Notes: generated by a model from the letters alone, not told the origin. A stretch of DNA of 55,541 nt from an uncultured Gammaproteobacteria bacterium (GCA_964522435.1 CAZFUL010000003.1:1-55541); one strand, 5' to 3'. Positions 37,792 to 47,771 are shown, counted from the first letter of the stretch. Numbers and translations are program-made.

Positions 37792-37966
37792 GTCATTGCT
37801 CCTCGTGTTCTTCTCAAGATCGAGATTGATCTGTTTTGAAGAGAGTGTACTTGTATCAATGAATGTTTAAAATGTAAATAATTTTAATACAAAAACATAT
37901 ACATATATAAAAAATACTTGTAATATAATACAAAAATGATATACTTATTTTTGACAAAATAACCAT

Positions 37967-38692
37967 ATGCAAATAAAACAAGAACTAAAAAAAATCGGAC
38001 TAACGAAGTCTGAGACAGAAATCTATGTATTTTTGCTTCAGCAAGGTATATCTTCTCCACCTCAAATAGCACGAGGGACACATATCTCTCGTACAAATTG
38101 TTATCATATTTTATTTGCTTTACAGCAAAAAGGGTTGATAGAACCACATGTTGTCAGTAAACGGAAGGTATATCGAGCAACAGACCCAAGTTCTCTCCTT
38201 GATAATCTTGAAAAACAAAAAAATACCATTGAACAGATCATTCCTGACTTGCGAGGTTTATATAATGTTCAAAAAAATAAGCCAATAGTACAATTTTTTG
38301 ATGGATGGCAAGAGATGAAATCTATTTATGAACAATCGCTTGATGCACAAGAAATTTTTGCTATTGGGTCTCCGCAAAAATTATCTAGTATAGATAATAT
38401 CTTTTTTCAAAGATATATAAAAGAAATTCAAAGAAGAAAGATTGTTTTTCATGATATTATGGAAGTTGCTTCAGCAGAAGGATCATATCAACAAGTAAAA
38501 GAACTCCTGAAAGGATATTATGACGCTACCGTTTTACCAAGACAATATAATAATATAGAAACTGATATATTAATTTGGGATGATACGGTTGCTTTTATTC
38601 TTTTAGAACAACCGCTATTTGGAACTATCTTGGTTAATAAACAAATGGCTCGAACATGTAGAATGATATTTGCTTTAATAAAAAGTATATAA
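37967..38692 (+). CDS. TrmB family transcriptional regulator
   Basis: LKKIGLTKSETEIY.FLL, IARGTHISRTNCY.IL..L..KGLI HTH; KNKP.VQFFDG C-terminal domain. Confidence 0.88.
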   Translation: MQIKQELKKIGLTKSETEIYVFLLQQGISSPPQIARGTHISRTNCYHILFALQQKGLIEPHVVSKRKVYRATDPSSLLDNLEKQKNTIEQIIPDLRGLYNVQKNKPIVQFFDGWQEMKSIYEQSLDAQEIFAIGSPQKLSSIDNIFFQRYIKEIQRRKIVFHDIMEVASAEGSYQQVKELLKGYYDATVLPRQYNNIETDILIWDDTVAFILLEQPLFGTILVNKQMARTCRMIFALIKSI

Positions 38693-38797
38693 TACCGCTT
38701 ATTCCTTATTTTATAGCTTAAAAAAGGTAGTGAGCACTTGAATTTTTCGATAATTTGCTCTACTCTAAAGGGGGATGCTTATTTTTAATACTTGTAT

Positions 38798-39538
38798 ATG
38801 GAAATTATCTTCGTATTTGTTATTTTATTTATCCTTCTTATTAGCATTCGACAAGTAAATCAATATCAACGCGGGGTAAAATTTCAATTGGGAAAATATA
38901 CTGGTATGGTAGAACCCGGATGGCGTATTATTTTGCCGGTTATCCAAACCATGGTAAAAATTGATATTCGTACGAAAGCGGTGGATGTTCCCTTTCAAGA
39001 AGCAATCACTAAAGATAACATATCAGCTAAAATTAATGCGGTTATTTACTATAAAGTCAGTGATGCGGCTAAAGCTGTCCTTGAAGTGGAAAATTTTTGG
39101 TTTGCAGTCAGCCAATTAGCTCAAACCACCATGCGTAATGTGGTTGGAGAGATGGAATTAGATGAATTATTGGCCAATAGAGAGTCTGCAGCGCAAAAAA
39201 TTCAATCAATTATTGATGCTGCGACAGACCCGTGGGGTATTAAAGTAGAGGCTGTTGAGTTAAAAGACGTGATTTTACCAGATGATATGCAACGGGTTAT
39301 TGCGAAGCAAGCAGAGGCAGAACGAGAAAAACGAGCAGTAATTATTAAGGCAAGCGGAGAGCTTATTGCGGCAGAGAATATTGCAAAAGCAGCAAAAGTG
39401 CTTTCTGAAGCACCAGGTGCTCTTCATTTACGAACCCTTTCTACAATTAACGATTTAAGTTCCGATCAATCTAATACTGTTATTTTTGCGGTACCGTTAG
39501 AAATATTGCGTGCGTTTGAACGCATGGCGCAAAAGTAA
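38798..39538 (+). CDS. SPFH/band 7 (stomatin/slipin) family protein
   Basis: N-terminal TM, AITKDN, AQTTMRNVVG..ELDELL..RE, WGIKVEAVELKDV, QAEAEREKRA, LHLRTL. Confidence 0.94.
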   Translation: MEIIFVFVILFILLISIRQVNQYQRGVKFQLGKYTGMVEPGWRIILPVIQTMVKIDIRTKAVDVPFQEAITKDNISAKINAVIYYKVSDAAKAVLEVENFWFAVSQLAQTTMRNVVGEMELDELLANRESAAQKIQSIIDAATDPWGIKVEAVELKDVILPDDMQRVIAKQAEAEREKRAVIIKASGELIAAENIAKAAKVLSEAPGALHLRTLSTINDLSSDQSNTVIFAVPLEILRAFERMAQK

Positions 39539-39548
39539 TGGAAAGTAT

Positions 39549-39593
39549 AAAATAAAACGACTCCTATATAATAATAAGGAGTCGTTTTATTTT
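39549..39593. terminator. terminator after SPFH gene
   Basis: AAAATAAAACGACTCCT / AGGAGTCGTTTTATTTT perfect 17-bp inverted repeat. Confidence 0.88.
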
Positions 39594-39598
39594 AGACA

Positions 39599-39627
39599 TT
39601 GACAAATATAGGTAAGTTTTCTATACT
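39599..39627 (+). promoter_or_regulatory. sigma70 promoter of tRNA-His
   Basis: TTGACA, 17 nt, TATACT. Confidence 0.85.
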
Positions 39628-39653
39628 ACGCTTCATTCAAAAGCCCTTAGAGG

Positions 39654-39725
39654 GGTGGCCATGGTGTAGTGGTAGCACAGGAGATTGTGGCTCTCCTAGC
39701 ACGGGTTCAATCCCCGTTGGTCACC
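39654..39725 (+). tRNA. tRNA-His (anticodon GTG) with encoded G-1:C73, CCA not encoded
   Basis: G-GTGGCCA/TGGTCAC-C acceptor, GGAGA-TTGTGGC-TCTCC, ACGGG-TTCAATC-CCCGT. Confidence 0.93.
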
Positions 39726-39743
39726 CCTTTGTGGGTTTTGTGT

Positions 39744-39781
39744 AAAAAAACAACTCTAATCAGTGCTAGAGTTGTTTTTTT
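39744..39781 (+). terminator. terminator after tRNA-His
   Basis: AAAAAAACAACTCTA / TAGAGTTGTTTTTTT. Confidence 0.85.
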
Positions 39782-39822
39782 ATGCTATACTATACGGTGA
39801 TTAAGTTACTTAACAGTGTTTT

Positions 39823-42800
39823 ATGACAATAACACCATCTAAAGAACCTGACACGGTAAGAAAAGTGGTTGTATTTATGATTATTGCATTGCCTATTCTG
39901 GCACTTGTATCTGCCGTAGCATTAATTTTTCGTGGTATTCCTTTTGCATCTGCTCACCCTAATCAAATAACGGTTATTGATTATGGTATTCAAGGAAGCA
40001 TTGCTGATATGGCAATTTCTGATGATGGGGAAACACGATACTTTACTGGTTCATTTAGTTATGTTGGCGCAGGGACAGGTCCTGCGGTTATTGTAAATTC
40101 CAGTACGGGGGAATTAGTAACCTATCCAACTGTTACGCCAGAAAATGCCACTGTTCGCGTGGTTATTCCAGATGGAAATGGCGGGTGGTATGTTGGAGGA
40201 AGCTTTACAGGAATTGGGGGTGTCGATCAAGATCGTATCGCTCATGTGCTTTCGACTGGTGAAGTTGATGAAGTGTTTGCTCCAACATTTGATAGTTTTG
40301 GACATGTGTATAGTCTTGTTTTAGATGAAGAAGCGGGTCTATTATATGTGGGCGGATCATTTTCTGAAGTAAACGGGGAAGCGAGAAATGGTATTGTTGT
40401 TTTAGATAGTACCGATGGAAGTTTATTTGATGGCTTTGCATTAAGTTTAAATTCTTTTGGCGTAATCTATGATTTGGAAGTAACGAGCGGAACACTCTAT
40501 ATCGCTGGAAATTTTTCTTCGATAAGTGGATCAAATCGTTATTCATATGCCGGCATTGATATCTCCTCTAGTACCACAAGTACTGTTACGGATTTTGGTG
40601 ATTCTTGGGCATTGGGGACCTTTAGCACGGCAAATGCAATTGCTGTGGATGATAATTATTTGTATATAGGAGGATCTTTTTTTGGACTGGGCGCTGATTT
40701 TGATATTAGTAATTTAGCTCGTGTAGATATTGTAACAGGAGATATTGACTCTACCTGGAAACCGGGTGTTGATAGCACGGTCTATGATATTGAATTAACA
40801 GAAGAAGGTACAATATATGTTGGCGGAAGCTTTTCAGGTGTTTCTGGTGATAGTGGACAAGGGTATCTGGCTGCTATCGATGTTGCAACTGAAGTGTCAA
40901 CGGGTTGGGCTCCAGAATTAAATGCCTCTGTTGAAGATATTTTTGTTGATGGGGGAACGATATATTTTGCAGGAAATTTTAGTACAGTAAACGGTGTAAC
41001 AAAATATGGTGCTGCTGCGGTAGATGCTGAGACTGGACTAGTAAACACAGGATTAACGGTTGTGCCAACGTCTGGATCCGTCATCTATGCAATTGCTGCA
41101 CAAGCAGAGCGCGTATACTTAGGTGGAACATTTACTGCCATTGGGGGGCGTCGTTGTGAAGGACTGGTTGCGATAGATGTTGATTCAGGAGAACCAACGG
41201 ATTTTTGTCATAGTTTGAAACGTTTTGGTTCTGTAACAGGTGGAAGAAATCTTTTGTTAGAAGATAATTTATTATATGTAGGGGGTGGTTTTGAAGAAAT
41301 TAATGGTGAGTCATTAAAATACGCTGCTGTGTTTGACGTTAACACGAATGAATTACAAGATGTTGATTATAATTTATCAGCTGGTTTTGGGATGGGAGAT
41401 CAGGGAGTATACCAATTTTTAATTGATGGAGCAGATATTTATATTGGTGGAAAATATTCTTCTGTCGGATCTAATAGCCATGCAGCACTTGCACGCTTTA
41501 ATAAAACAACAGGAGTATATGATGCAACATTTAATCCTGGACTACACTATCCCAATTGTTGTGGCGGAAATGATGCGGAAGTACGAGATTTTCTTTTAGT
41601 GGACGATATAATATATGTGGGAGGGTATTTTACTTCTGTAACGGGTACAGTTGACCGGGCGCATTTGGCGGCATTTAGTGCCGTAGATAGTAGTTTACTT
41701 GATTGGGCCCCTGAAGCGGATAACCGGGTCACTGATATGCAAATTGATGGAACAAGCACCATATATATAGCAGGAAATTTTAGCACCATAAATGGTGATG
41801 ATAGAGATTATCTTGCGTCAGTTAACGCAAGTACTGGTTCAACGACGGATTGGAATCCTCAACCCGGTGGCACACCTACTGCATTGTTACTACAAGATGG
41901 TTATGTCTATGTTGGAGGTAGCTTTAGCACGATTGGTATTGTAGATAGAACATTGTTTGCTAGTTTTGATCTTACTGATGGTAGTTTAACCGATTGGAAT
42001 CCTGAACTTGATTCAAATATTAGTGCCTCACAATCAAGCATCAATCGTATTATTAAAGATGGGTCTACCTTATATGTTGCAGGAAATGCAATAACAGCAG
42101 GAGTGCAGCGAATATTTAATTTTGCACAGTTTGGGCCACTGACAATTCAATTTAACTCAAGTACCTTTGCACAAAGTGAAACAGTGACGAGTACACCATA
42201 CGAGATTGAAATTAGTAGTAGTAATACCTCATCGCTTCCGATTAGTGTGGTTGTCGATATTACAGGGGGAACTGCAACCTATGGAGAAGACTACACAATG
42301 GTAACAGGAACAGTGAGCATTCTTCCAGGAGAAAACAGTACCTCATCTGTTATTACCATTATAAATGACGATTCTTTTGAGGCTGATGAAACAATTATAT
42401 TAACGGTAGAAAGTGCGCTTGGTGCAGAAATAAGTGGTAATACTACCTTTACCTATACTATTCAAAATGATGATGTCGCGACACCCGGTGTTATGATTAG
42501 TGAATCTGATGGCACAACCGCAATTACAGAAGGTGGTGCAACAGATACCTATACCGTGGTATTAAATTCTGAACCAGCGGCCAATGTGACGGTAAGTTTG
42601 ACGGCTGATGAGCAAGCAACTCTTTCAACAAGTAGTATTTTATTTACTTCTGCAAACTGGGATGAACCTGTGACGGTGACCGTAACCGCGGTAAATGATG
42701 ATATTGATGAAGACGCGCATACGGCGACAACCACCCATAGTGTTGTCTCAGCTGATCCAGACTATGACGACATTGAAACAGAAAGTGTTGTTGCCACTGT

Positions 42801-44766
42801 TACAGATAACGACACTGCAGGAATTACCGCTACTCAATCTGCCGGAACAACCACTGTGAGCGAAGCGGTAGATGGAAGTACTGACAGCTATACGATTGTA
42901 TTAACGAGTGAGCCAACAGCGAATGTAACGGTAGCGCTAGATGCGGGTGACGACATTAGTCTATCAACCACCAGCATTGTGTTTACCACTGAAAATTGGG
43001 ATACGCCAGTGACCGTAACGGTGACTGTTGTTGATGATGCGATCGATGAAGATAACTCACATGAAGATACCATTACCCATGTAGTGACAAGTGCGGATGG
43101 TGATTATGATGAATTTGTTATCAATGATATTGCTGTTACCATTACGGATGACGATACTGCGTCTATGACCTTAACTGAAGCTGGTGGCTCAACAACGGTA
43201 ACAGAAGATGGGGCAACTGATAGTTATACCATTGTTCTTGGAAGCGCGCCGACAAGTTCTGTCACTGTTGAGTTAGATATAAATAATGCAGAGGTGAGTC
43301 TTTCAACGACCAGCATTGTGTTTACTGCTGAAAATTGGGACGATGTTGTTACGGTAACCGTAACGGCTGATAATGATGCGGATGTAGAAGCAGATCATAC
43401 GAGTGTTATAACGCATAGTGTGACTTCTGATGATGATTCATATGATGGATTTGTGCTTGCCAATGTGACCGTGACTATTACGGATAATGACGTTGCTCAA
43501 GAAGATGACGAAGAACCAACAACCGGTGGAGGGGGAAGTGCGTTTTTTATCGCTCCATCACCTAATACCCAAGCAGGACAAGGAGCTCCGTTGGGCGCAA
43601 CTACCGCTCGTTCTCAAACAACGATTGCGCTTACTCCGGGAGATAGAACACCGATTGCTATTGGCGGGGCGACACATTCTATTAGTGTAGAAAAAGCCTC
43701 TGCGGAAGAAGTAACCGTTATTTTACAATCAACCCCTGTAGTTGTCACAGTGAAAAAAGGTGAATCTGTTGAGGCAGATATTACGGGCGATTTTGTGAAT
43801 GATGTCGTTGTACAATATCTAGGTATTTTGAATGGAAAAACACAAGTGGTTGTGTCTGATCTTATTATACAAAGAAAAGCATTTGTGATTAACGGAGATG
43901 CCTTAGAGACAGAAAGTGATATCGTAACGTTGCATATTTTGACGCAAGATGTACGCTCCGTAGCCTTTTTAAACAGCCCTGATTTTGCAGATCTCAGCTT
44001 TACTCCGTTTACGAGCTCAAGTATTTCTTGGAAAGTAGTACCTGGTTTAGGAGAAAAAACGGTCTATGCACGATTACTGTTGAACAGTGGAAATATTTTA
44101 ACTGTTTCTGACACGATTACTGTTGTCCCTGTAGGGGCTCGTCGCATAACGAATTGTTCATTAGAGCCTGGTGCAGCCTATAAGTCAAAAGAAAGTCCTT
44201 CTGTCTTCTTTATTACAGAGTCTTGTACAAAACGCTTGTTTTCGAATGAAGATATTTTCTTCTCTTACTTTGAATCATTTTCTTTTGTTAAAACAGTTGC
44301 TGCCGCTGAATTAGCCGTCATTGCTGATGATACCCTCGGTGCCATGCCTATGGGGATTCGAGCTCGATTTAAAGATGGTAGTATCGTAAAAAGCGTTGCT
44401 CGACCGGCAGTGTACCTTCTTTCTCAAGGCGAAAGACGACACATTCTTAACGAAGCAGCATTTTTGGCTCTTCGATATCGTTGGGATTGGGTTGAGTCAA
44501 TTACAGAAGAATTGTTAGATAAATATCAAGAAGGAGATGCTGTTGATGGTATCCCACGGCCAGCGTATACCTTAATTACTTATGCGAATTCGCCTAAAGT
44601 GTATCGCTTAGAACCAGATCCAAAAAATCCAGAGGTGTTATTAAAAAGACATATTGTGAATGTTGATGTATTACGTCGTTTAGGATACAGAACAGATCGT
44701 ATCGTTACGGTCTTAGATACCGAACAATATGCGGATGGTGCCCCAATTGGTCAAGCCTCACGATGA
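39823..44766 (+). CDS. large cell-surface protein: beta-propeller repeats, Calx-beta and three Ca-binding Ig/cadherin-like repeats, C-terminal triple repeat
   Basis: N-terminal TM; recurring LYVGGSFS.v.g..R..laa.D...G...W.P; repeats ending TITDND; C-terminal xGxxVKS...PAVY repeats. Confidence 0.85.
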   Translation: MTITPSKEPDTVRKVVVFMIIALPILALVSAVALIFRGIPFASAHPNQITVIDYGIQGSIADMAISDDGETRYFTGSFSYVGAGTGPAVIVNSSTGELVTYPTVTPENATVRVVIPDGNGGWYVGGSFTGIGGVDQDRIAHVLSTGEVDEVFAPTFDSFGHVYSLVLDEEAGLLYVGGSFSEVNGEARNGIVVLDSTDGSLFDGFALSLNSFGVIYDLEVTSGTLYIAGNFSSISGSNRYSYAGIDISSSTTSTVTDFGDSWALGTFSTANAIAVDDNYLYIGGSFFGLGADFDISNLARVDIVTGDIDSTWKPGVDSTVYDIELTEEGTIYVGGSFSGVSGDSGQGYLAAIDVATEVSTGWAPELNASVEDIFVDGGTIYFAGNFSTVNGVTKYGAAAVDAETGLVNTGLTVVPTSGSVIYAIAAQAERVYLGGTFTAIGGRRCEGLVAIDVDSGEPTDFCHSLKRFGSVTGGRNLLLEDNLLYVGGGFEEINGESLKYAAVFDVNTNELQDVDYNLSAGFGMGDQGVYQFLIDGADIYIGGKYSSVGSNSHAALARFNKTTGVYDATFNPGLHYPNCCGGNDAEVRDFLLVDDIIYVGGYFTSVTGTVDRAHLAAFSAVDSSLLDWAPEADNRVTDMQIDGTSTIYIAGNFSTINGDDRDYLASVNASTGSTTDWNPQPGGTPTALLLQDGYVYVGGSFSTIGIVDRTLFASFDLTDGSLTDWNPELDSNISASQSSINRIIKDGSTLYVAGNAITAGVQRIFNFAQFGPLTIQFNSSTFAQSETVTSTPYEIEISSSNTSSLPISVVVDITGGTATYGEDYTMVTGTVSILPGENSTSSVITIINDDSFEADETIILTVESALGAEISGNTTFTYTIQNDDVATPGVMISESDGTTAITEGGATDTYTVVLNSEPAANVTVSLTADEQATLSTSSILFTSANWDEPVTVTVTAVNDDIDEDAHTATTTHSVVSADPDYDDIETESVVATVTDNDTAGITATQSAGTTTVSEAVDGSTDSYTIVLTSEPTANVTVALDAGDDISLSTTSIVFTTENWDTPVTVTVTVVDDAIDEDNSHEDTITHVVTSADGDYDEFVINDIAVTITDDDTASMTLTEAGGSTTVTEDGATDSYTIVLGSAPTSSVTVELDINNAEVSLSTTSIVFTAENWDDVVTVTVTADNDADVEADHTSVITHSVTSDDDSYDGFVLANVTVTITDNDVAQEDDEEPTTGGGGSAFFIAPSPNTQAGQGAPLGATTARSQTTIALTPGDRTPIAIGGATHSISVEKASAEEVTVILQSTPVVVTVKKGESVEADITGDFVNDVVVQYLGILNGKTQVVVSDLIIQRKAFVINGDALETESDIVTLHILTQDVRSVAFLNSPDFADLSFTPFTSSSISWKVVPGLGEKTVYARLLLNSGNILTVSDTITVVPVGARRITNCSLEPGAAYKSKESPSVFFITESCTKRLFSNEDIFFSYFESFSFVKTVAAAELAVIADDTLGAMPMGIRARFKDGSIVKSVARPAVYLLSQGERRHILNEAAFLALRYRWDWVESITEELLDKYQEGDAVDGIPRPAYTLITYANSPKVYRLEPDPKNPEVLLKRHIVNVDVLRRLGYRTDRIVTVLDTEQYADGAPIGQASR

Positions 44767-44800
44767 TAATATATTGATCTAGCTCGAAGGAATACTGTAT

Positions 44801-45910
44801 ATGAAAATACTGATTGTGTCGGTTTCTGCAGGACAAGGGCATGTAAGTGCTGCACAAGCAATTGAAGATACAGCAAAAAAACAATATCCAAATATTGATG
44901 TTGTTCACATCGATATGATGGACTATGTAACAAGTGCCGTGCGCCACGCTATTGTTGATGTGTATGATGTATTGGTAAAAACAATACCTAGCCTGTGGGG
45001 GTATGTATATGAAAAAACAAACGATGAAAAACGCATGCGTCAGGTGAATAAAATAATGAATCGTATAAATTGTTTTCATGCAAAAAAATTCTATGCATTT
45101 GTAGAACAATATCAACCAGATCACATTATTTGTACGCATTCATTTCCAGCTCAAGTAATTCGTCAAGCCGATCTTCCTTCTATTGCGACTGTCCCAATTT
45201 CGCTCGTGGTAACAGATTATGGTTTTCATTCCTATTGGATTAGACCGGATATTACCCATTATTTTGTTGCCACAAAAAAAATGGCCTGGGAAATGCAGCG
45301 TCGTGGGATACAAAAATCTACCGTGACCGTCACGGGTATACCGGTTCGTCAGCAATTTTTAGAAAAAAAAGACACACAAACTGTAAAAAAGAAGTACGGC
45401 ATTGCGAAAGAATACGCTGTGCTATTAGTATTGGCAGGAGGGCAAGGTATGATGAAAAGCGATGGTATTGTTGAATTGTTGCAAACATATCAAGAGTGGA
45501 AGCGGCCGATATACATTATTGCGATCTCTGGAAAAAATGCCACTCTCTATGAGGCCTTACAAGACGTACAAAAAAAACCGAAACAGTCTCATATCATCGT
45601 TGAGGTGGTACAGTGGACGAATGATATTGATGAATATATGCGTATGTCGGATGTAATTATTTCTAAACCAGGAGGAAGTACGACGAGTGAATGTATGTTA
45701 TTGGGCAAACCAATGATAGCTGTAAATCCTATACCTGGACAAGAAGATACCAATGCAACGTCTATATTAGAACAAGGGCATGGCTATATTGCCCGCACAG
45801 ACGAAGAAATATTATATTATACAGAGTTGTTATTACAAAAGCCCGTATTAATACAGGCACAGGTACAAGATCCAGCAAAGAACATTTTGGAGTCTATTAT
45901 TCAAAAATAA
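44801..45910 (+). CDS. MGDG synthase / processive diacylglycerol glucosyltransferase-like (GT28, UgtP-like)
   Basis: SAGQGHVSAAQAI, PDHIICTH, VVTDYGFH..W, VTGIPVR, LAGGQG, ISKPGGST.SE, PIPGQE..NA. Confidence 0.88.
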   Translation: MKILIVSVSAGQGHVSAAQAIEDTAKKQYPNIDVVHIDMMDYVTSAVRHAIVDVYDVLVKTIPSLWGYVYEKTNDEKRMRQVNKIMNRINCFHAKKFYAFVEQYQPDHIICTHSFPAQVIRQADLPSIATVPISLVVTDYGFHSYWIRPDITHYFVATKKMAWEMQRRGIQKSTVTVTGIPVRQQFLEKKDTQTVKKKYGIAKEYAVLLVLAGGQGMMKSDGIVELLQTYQEWKRPIYIIAISGKNATLYEALQDVQKKPKQSHIIVEVVQWTNDIDEYMRMSDVIISKPGGSTTSECMLLGKPMIAVNPIPGQEDTNATSILEQGHGYIARTDEEILYYTELLLQKPVLIQAQVQDPAKNILESIIQK

Positions 45911-45940
45911 AAGATCCCCGGGTATACCGGGGATCTTTTT
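45909..45940. terminator. bidirectional terminator between glycosyltransferase and pilin array
   Basis: AAAAGATCCCCGG-GTATA-CCGGGGATCTTTT. Confidence 0.9.
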
Positions 45941-46403
45941 AAATGGCAAAGGGAGTAGCATCTTCTTCGAGTCCGTCATTCATATATTGTCGTTGGTCGG
46001 CTTCAAGAGAATCGGCAGGGCTTCCGGGGATAGGGTTGGGAGTAAGAAATTGAGTGACAAATAACGTAATTGAGTAAGCACTCAGAATAATAATAAGTCC
46101 CACAGCCCCACGAACAATGGTGAGCTTTCCTTTTTCTATCCGATCTTCGTTTCCCGCGGAGGTCATCCATAGAAAGCCACCCCACACGACATATACCAAT
46201 AACAGCGTTCCTAAAAGCGTCAATACATTACGAATTAACACCGCTGCCGCAATTCGAGGGTCAACGGCTTCACCAAAATTAGCTCCTTGCGTCCCAGCCG
46301 TTGCTTGGAGTTGCTTATCTAAATCATCCCTATAATCAGCCTGTGCACTAAGAGGGATGATAAGTGCTATAGAAAATAGGAAACAGAAAAAAAAGCGTTT
46401 CAT
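45939..46403 (-). CDS. VirB2/TrbC-like (T4SS_pilin) paralogue 1
   Basis: Signal peptide plus core WGGFLWMTSAGNEDRIEKGK...GLIIILSAYSIT. Confidence 0.82.
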   Translation of the reverse strand: MKRFFFCFLFSIALIIPLSAQADYRDDLDKQLQATAGTQGANFGEAVDPRIAAAVLIRNVLTLLGTLLLVYVVWGGFLWMTSAGNEDRIEKGKLTIVRGAVGLIIILSAYSITLFVTQFLTPNPIPGSPADSLEADQRQYMNDGLEEDATPFAI

Positions 46404-46411
46404 ATACGGTA

Positions 46412-46897
46412 TTAAAATTCTTCAGAATAATTTCCTGCACCACGAGCACAAGTTCCTCGAACAAGGTCAAAGACATTACAGGTGACAGAAGCTCCCTGGG
46501 GGGTAAGCCGATCACCTTGTACAGATTGCTGTACTAGTCTACCTACGTACAGCGTAATTGCGTAAGAAATAAGAATAACTACCAATCCAATAACTGCTGC
46601 GGGTAAGGTTTTTTTTGCTTTTTCTATGCGTTGGCCTTCACCACGGTCGGTAAGCCACCAGTAACCAGAGAGAATAATAAGTCCCATGAATATCGTTCCA
46701 ATCATCGTAAGCGATACTTGAATTATTTGTGCAATAATAATTCGTGGGTCAACGGGCGTACCAATTTCTGCACCCGCTGCGCCTGCTTGCAGTTGGGTGG
46801 ATACTGCGCCACTCAAATCGTTTGCCGCTAATACGGGGGTGGCAGCAAAGATAATCACGAGGCAGCAAAGACGTAATAATATGGAAAGGTATGTCAT
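46412..46897 (-). CDS. VirB2/TrbC-like pilin paralogue 2
   Basis: SGYWWLTDRGEGQRIEKAK...GLVVILISYAIT; 2-Cys tail. Confidence 0.82.
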   Translation of the reverse strand: MTYLSILLRLCCLVIIFAATPVLAANDLSGAVSTQLQAGAAGAEIGTPVDPRIIIAQIIQVSLTMIGTIFMGLIILSGYWWLTDRGEGQRIEKAKKTLPAAVIGLVVILISYAITLYVGRLVQQSVQGDRLTPQGASVTCNVFDLVRGTCARGAGNYSEEF

Positions 46898-46900
46898 AGA

Positions 46901-47371
46901 TTATCGTTCAATACAACGATTTGCTCGGCACAAAGATCCTTCTGGACAGTCGAGAGATGAATCACAGGCACCACCAGCTTCGGCACTTGGGTTTGCATTA
47001 CCACTTGCTCTGTTGACAATACGAGGAACCACAAAATTTGTAATGCTATAGGCACCAACGGTGATAATTAACCCAATAATCGCTGCTTTAATAATTTCTT
47101 GCGCTTTTTCAATATCGCTTTCATTTCCTCGAGCACTCATCCAAATAAACCCGGCATATACGGTAAGGAGTAAAAATATCGTTCCAACAAAGGAAAGGGC
47201 GACTTTAATCACCGCACCAATATTTTGGGCAAGGGTTGTTTCATTTGCTTCTGCAAAACCAGCTTGTTTGGCTGCTCCCGCAGCTAAGTCGCCTCCTAAA
47301 TCAAGCGCAAATACCACCGTAGGGATAACAAAAAAACTAATAATGAAAAGACTAAAAAGATATTTTTTCAT
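46901..47371 (-). CDS. VirB2/TrbC-like pilin paralogue 3
   Basis: YAGFIWMSARGNESDIEKAQ...GLIITVGAYSIT; 4-Cys tail. Confidence 0.84.
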   Translation of the reverse strand: MKKYLFSLFIISFFVIPTVVFALDLGGDLAAGAAKQAGFAEANETTLAQNIGAVIKVALSFVGTIFLLLTVYAGFIWMSARGNESDIEKAQEIIKAAIIGLIITVGAYSITNFVVPRIVNRASGNANPSAEAGGACDSSLDCPEGSLCRANRCIER

Positions 47372-47379
47372 AGAGTAAA

Positions 47380-47757
47380 TTAGCCTACTTGTCCCAAGCG
47401 AGAGGTAACAAGGGCAGTAATGGCATAAGCACTCATAACAACAATGAGGCCAATGACCGCTGCTTTAATAATTTCTTGAGCTTTTTCTATTTGGCCAGAA
47501 TCTCCACGCGCAGTCATCCAAAGGTAACCCGCATATACCGTTAATACAAGAAAAATTAACCCAACAAAAGACAGTGCAGTAAAAATAATTTGTCCGGCAA
47601 CAACATCTACTTGTGTTTCACTCGTACCTGCTTTTTTTCCTGCAGTGCCTAAATTTGTCATCGCATCTTTTAAACTACCAGCCGCATGTGTGGCAGAAGT
47701 AAGGCTAACAAAAGAAATCACAACGAGTAAGAGAAAAGAAAAAATTTTTTGTTTCAT
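47380..47757 (-). CDS. VirB2/TrbC-like pilin paralogue 4
   Basis: YAGYLWMTARGDSGQIEKAQ...GLIVVMSAYAIT. Confidence 0.84.
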   Translation of the reverse strand: MKQKIFSFLLLVVISFVSLTSATHAAGSLKDAMTNLGTAGKKAGTSETQVDVVAGQIIFTALSFVGLIFLVLTVYAGYLWMTARGDSGQIEKAQEIIKAAVIGLIVVMSAYAITALVTSRLGQVG

Positions 47758-47771
47758 ACGTATGAATGTAA

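Noticed and set aside
42481-43491. Repeated DNA blocks in the large adhesin as a mobile or CRISPR-like repeat
   Set aside because: In-frame protein domain repeats with synonymous divergence
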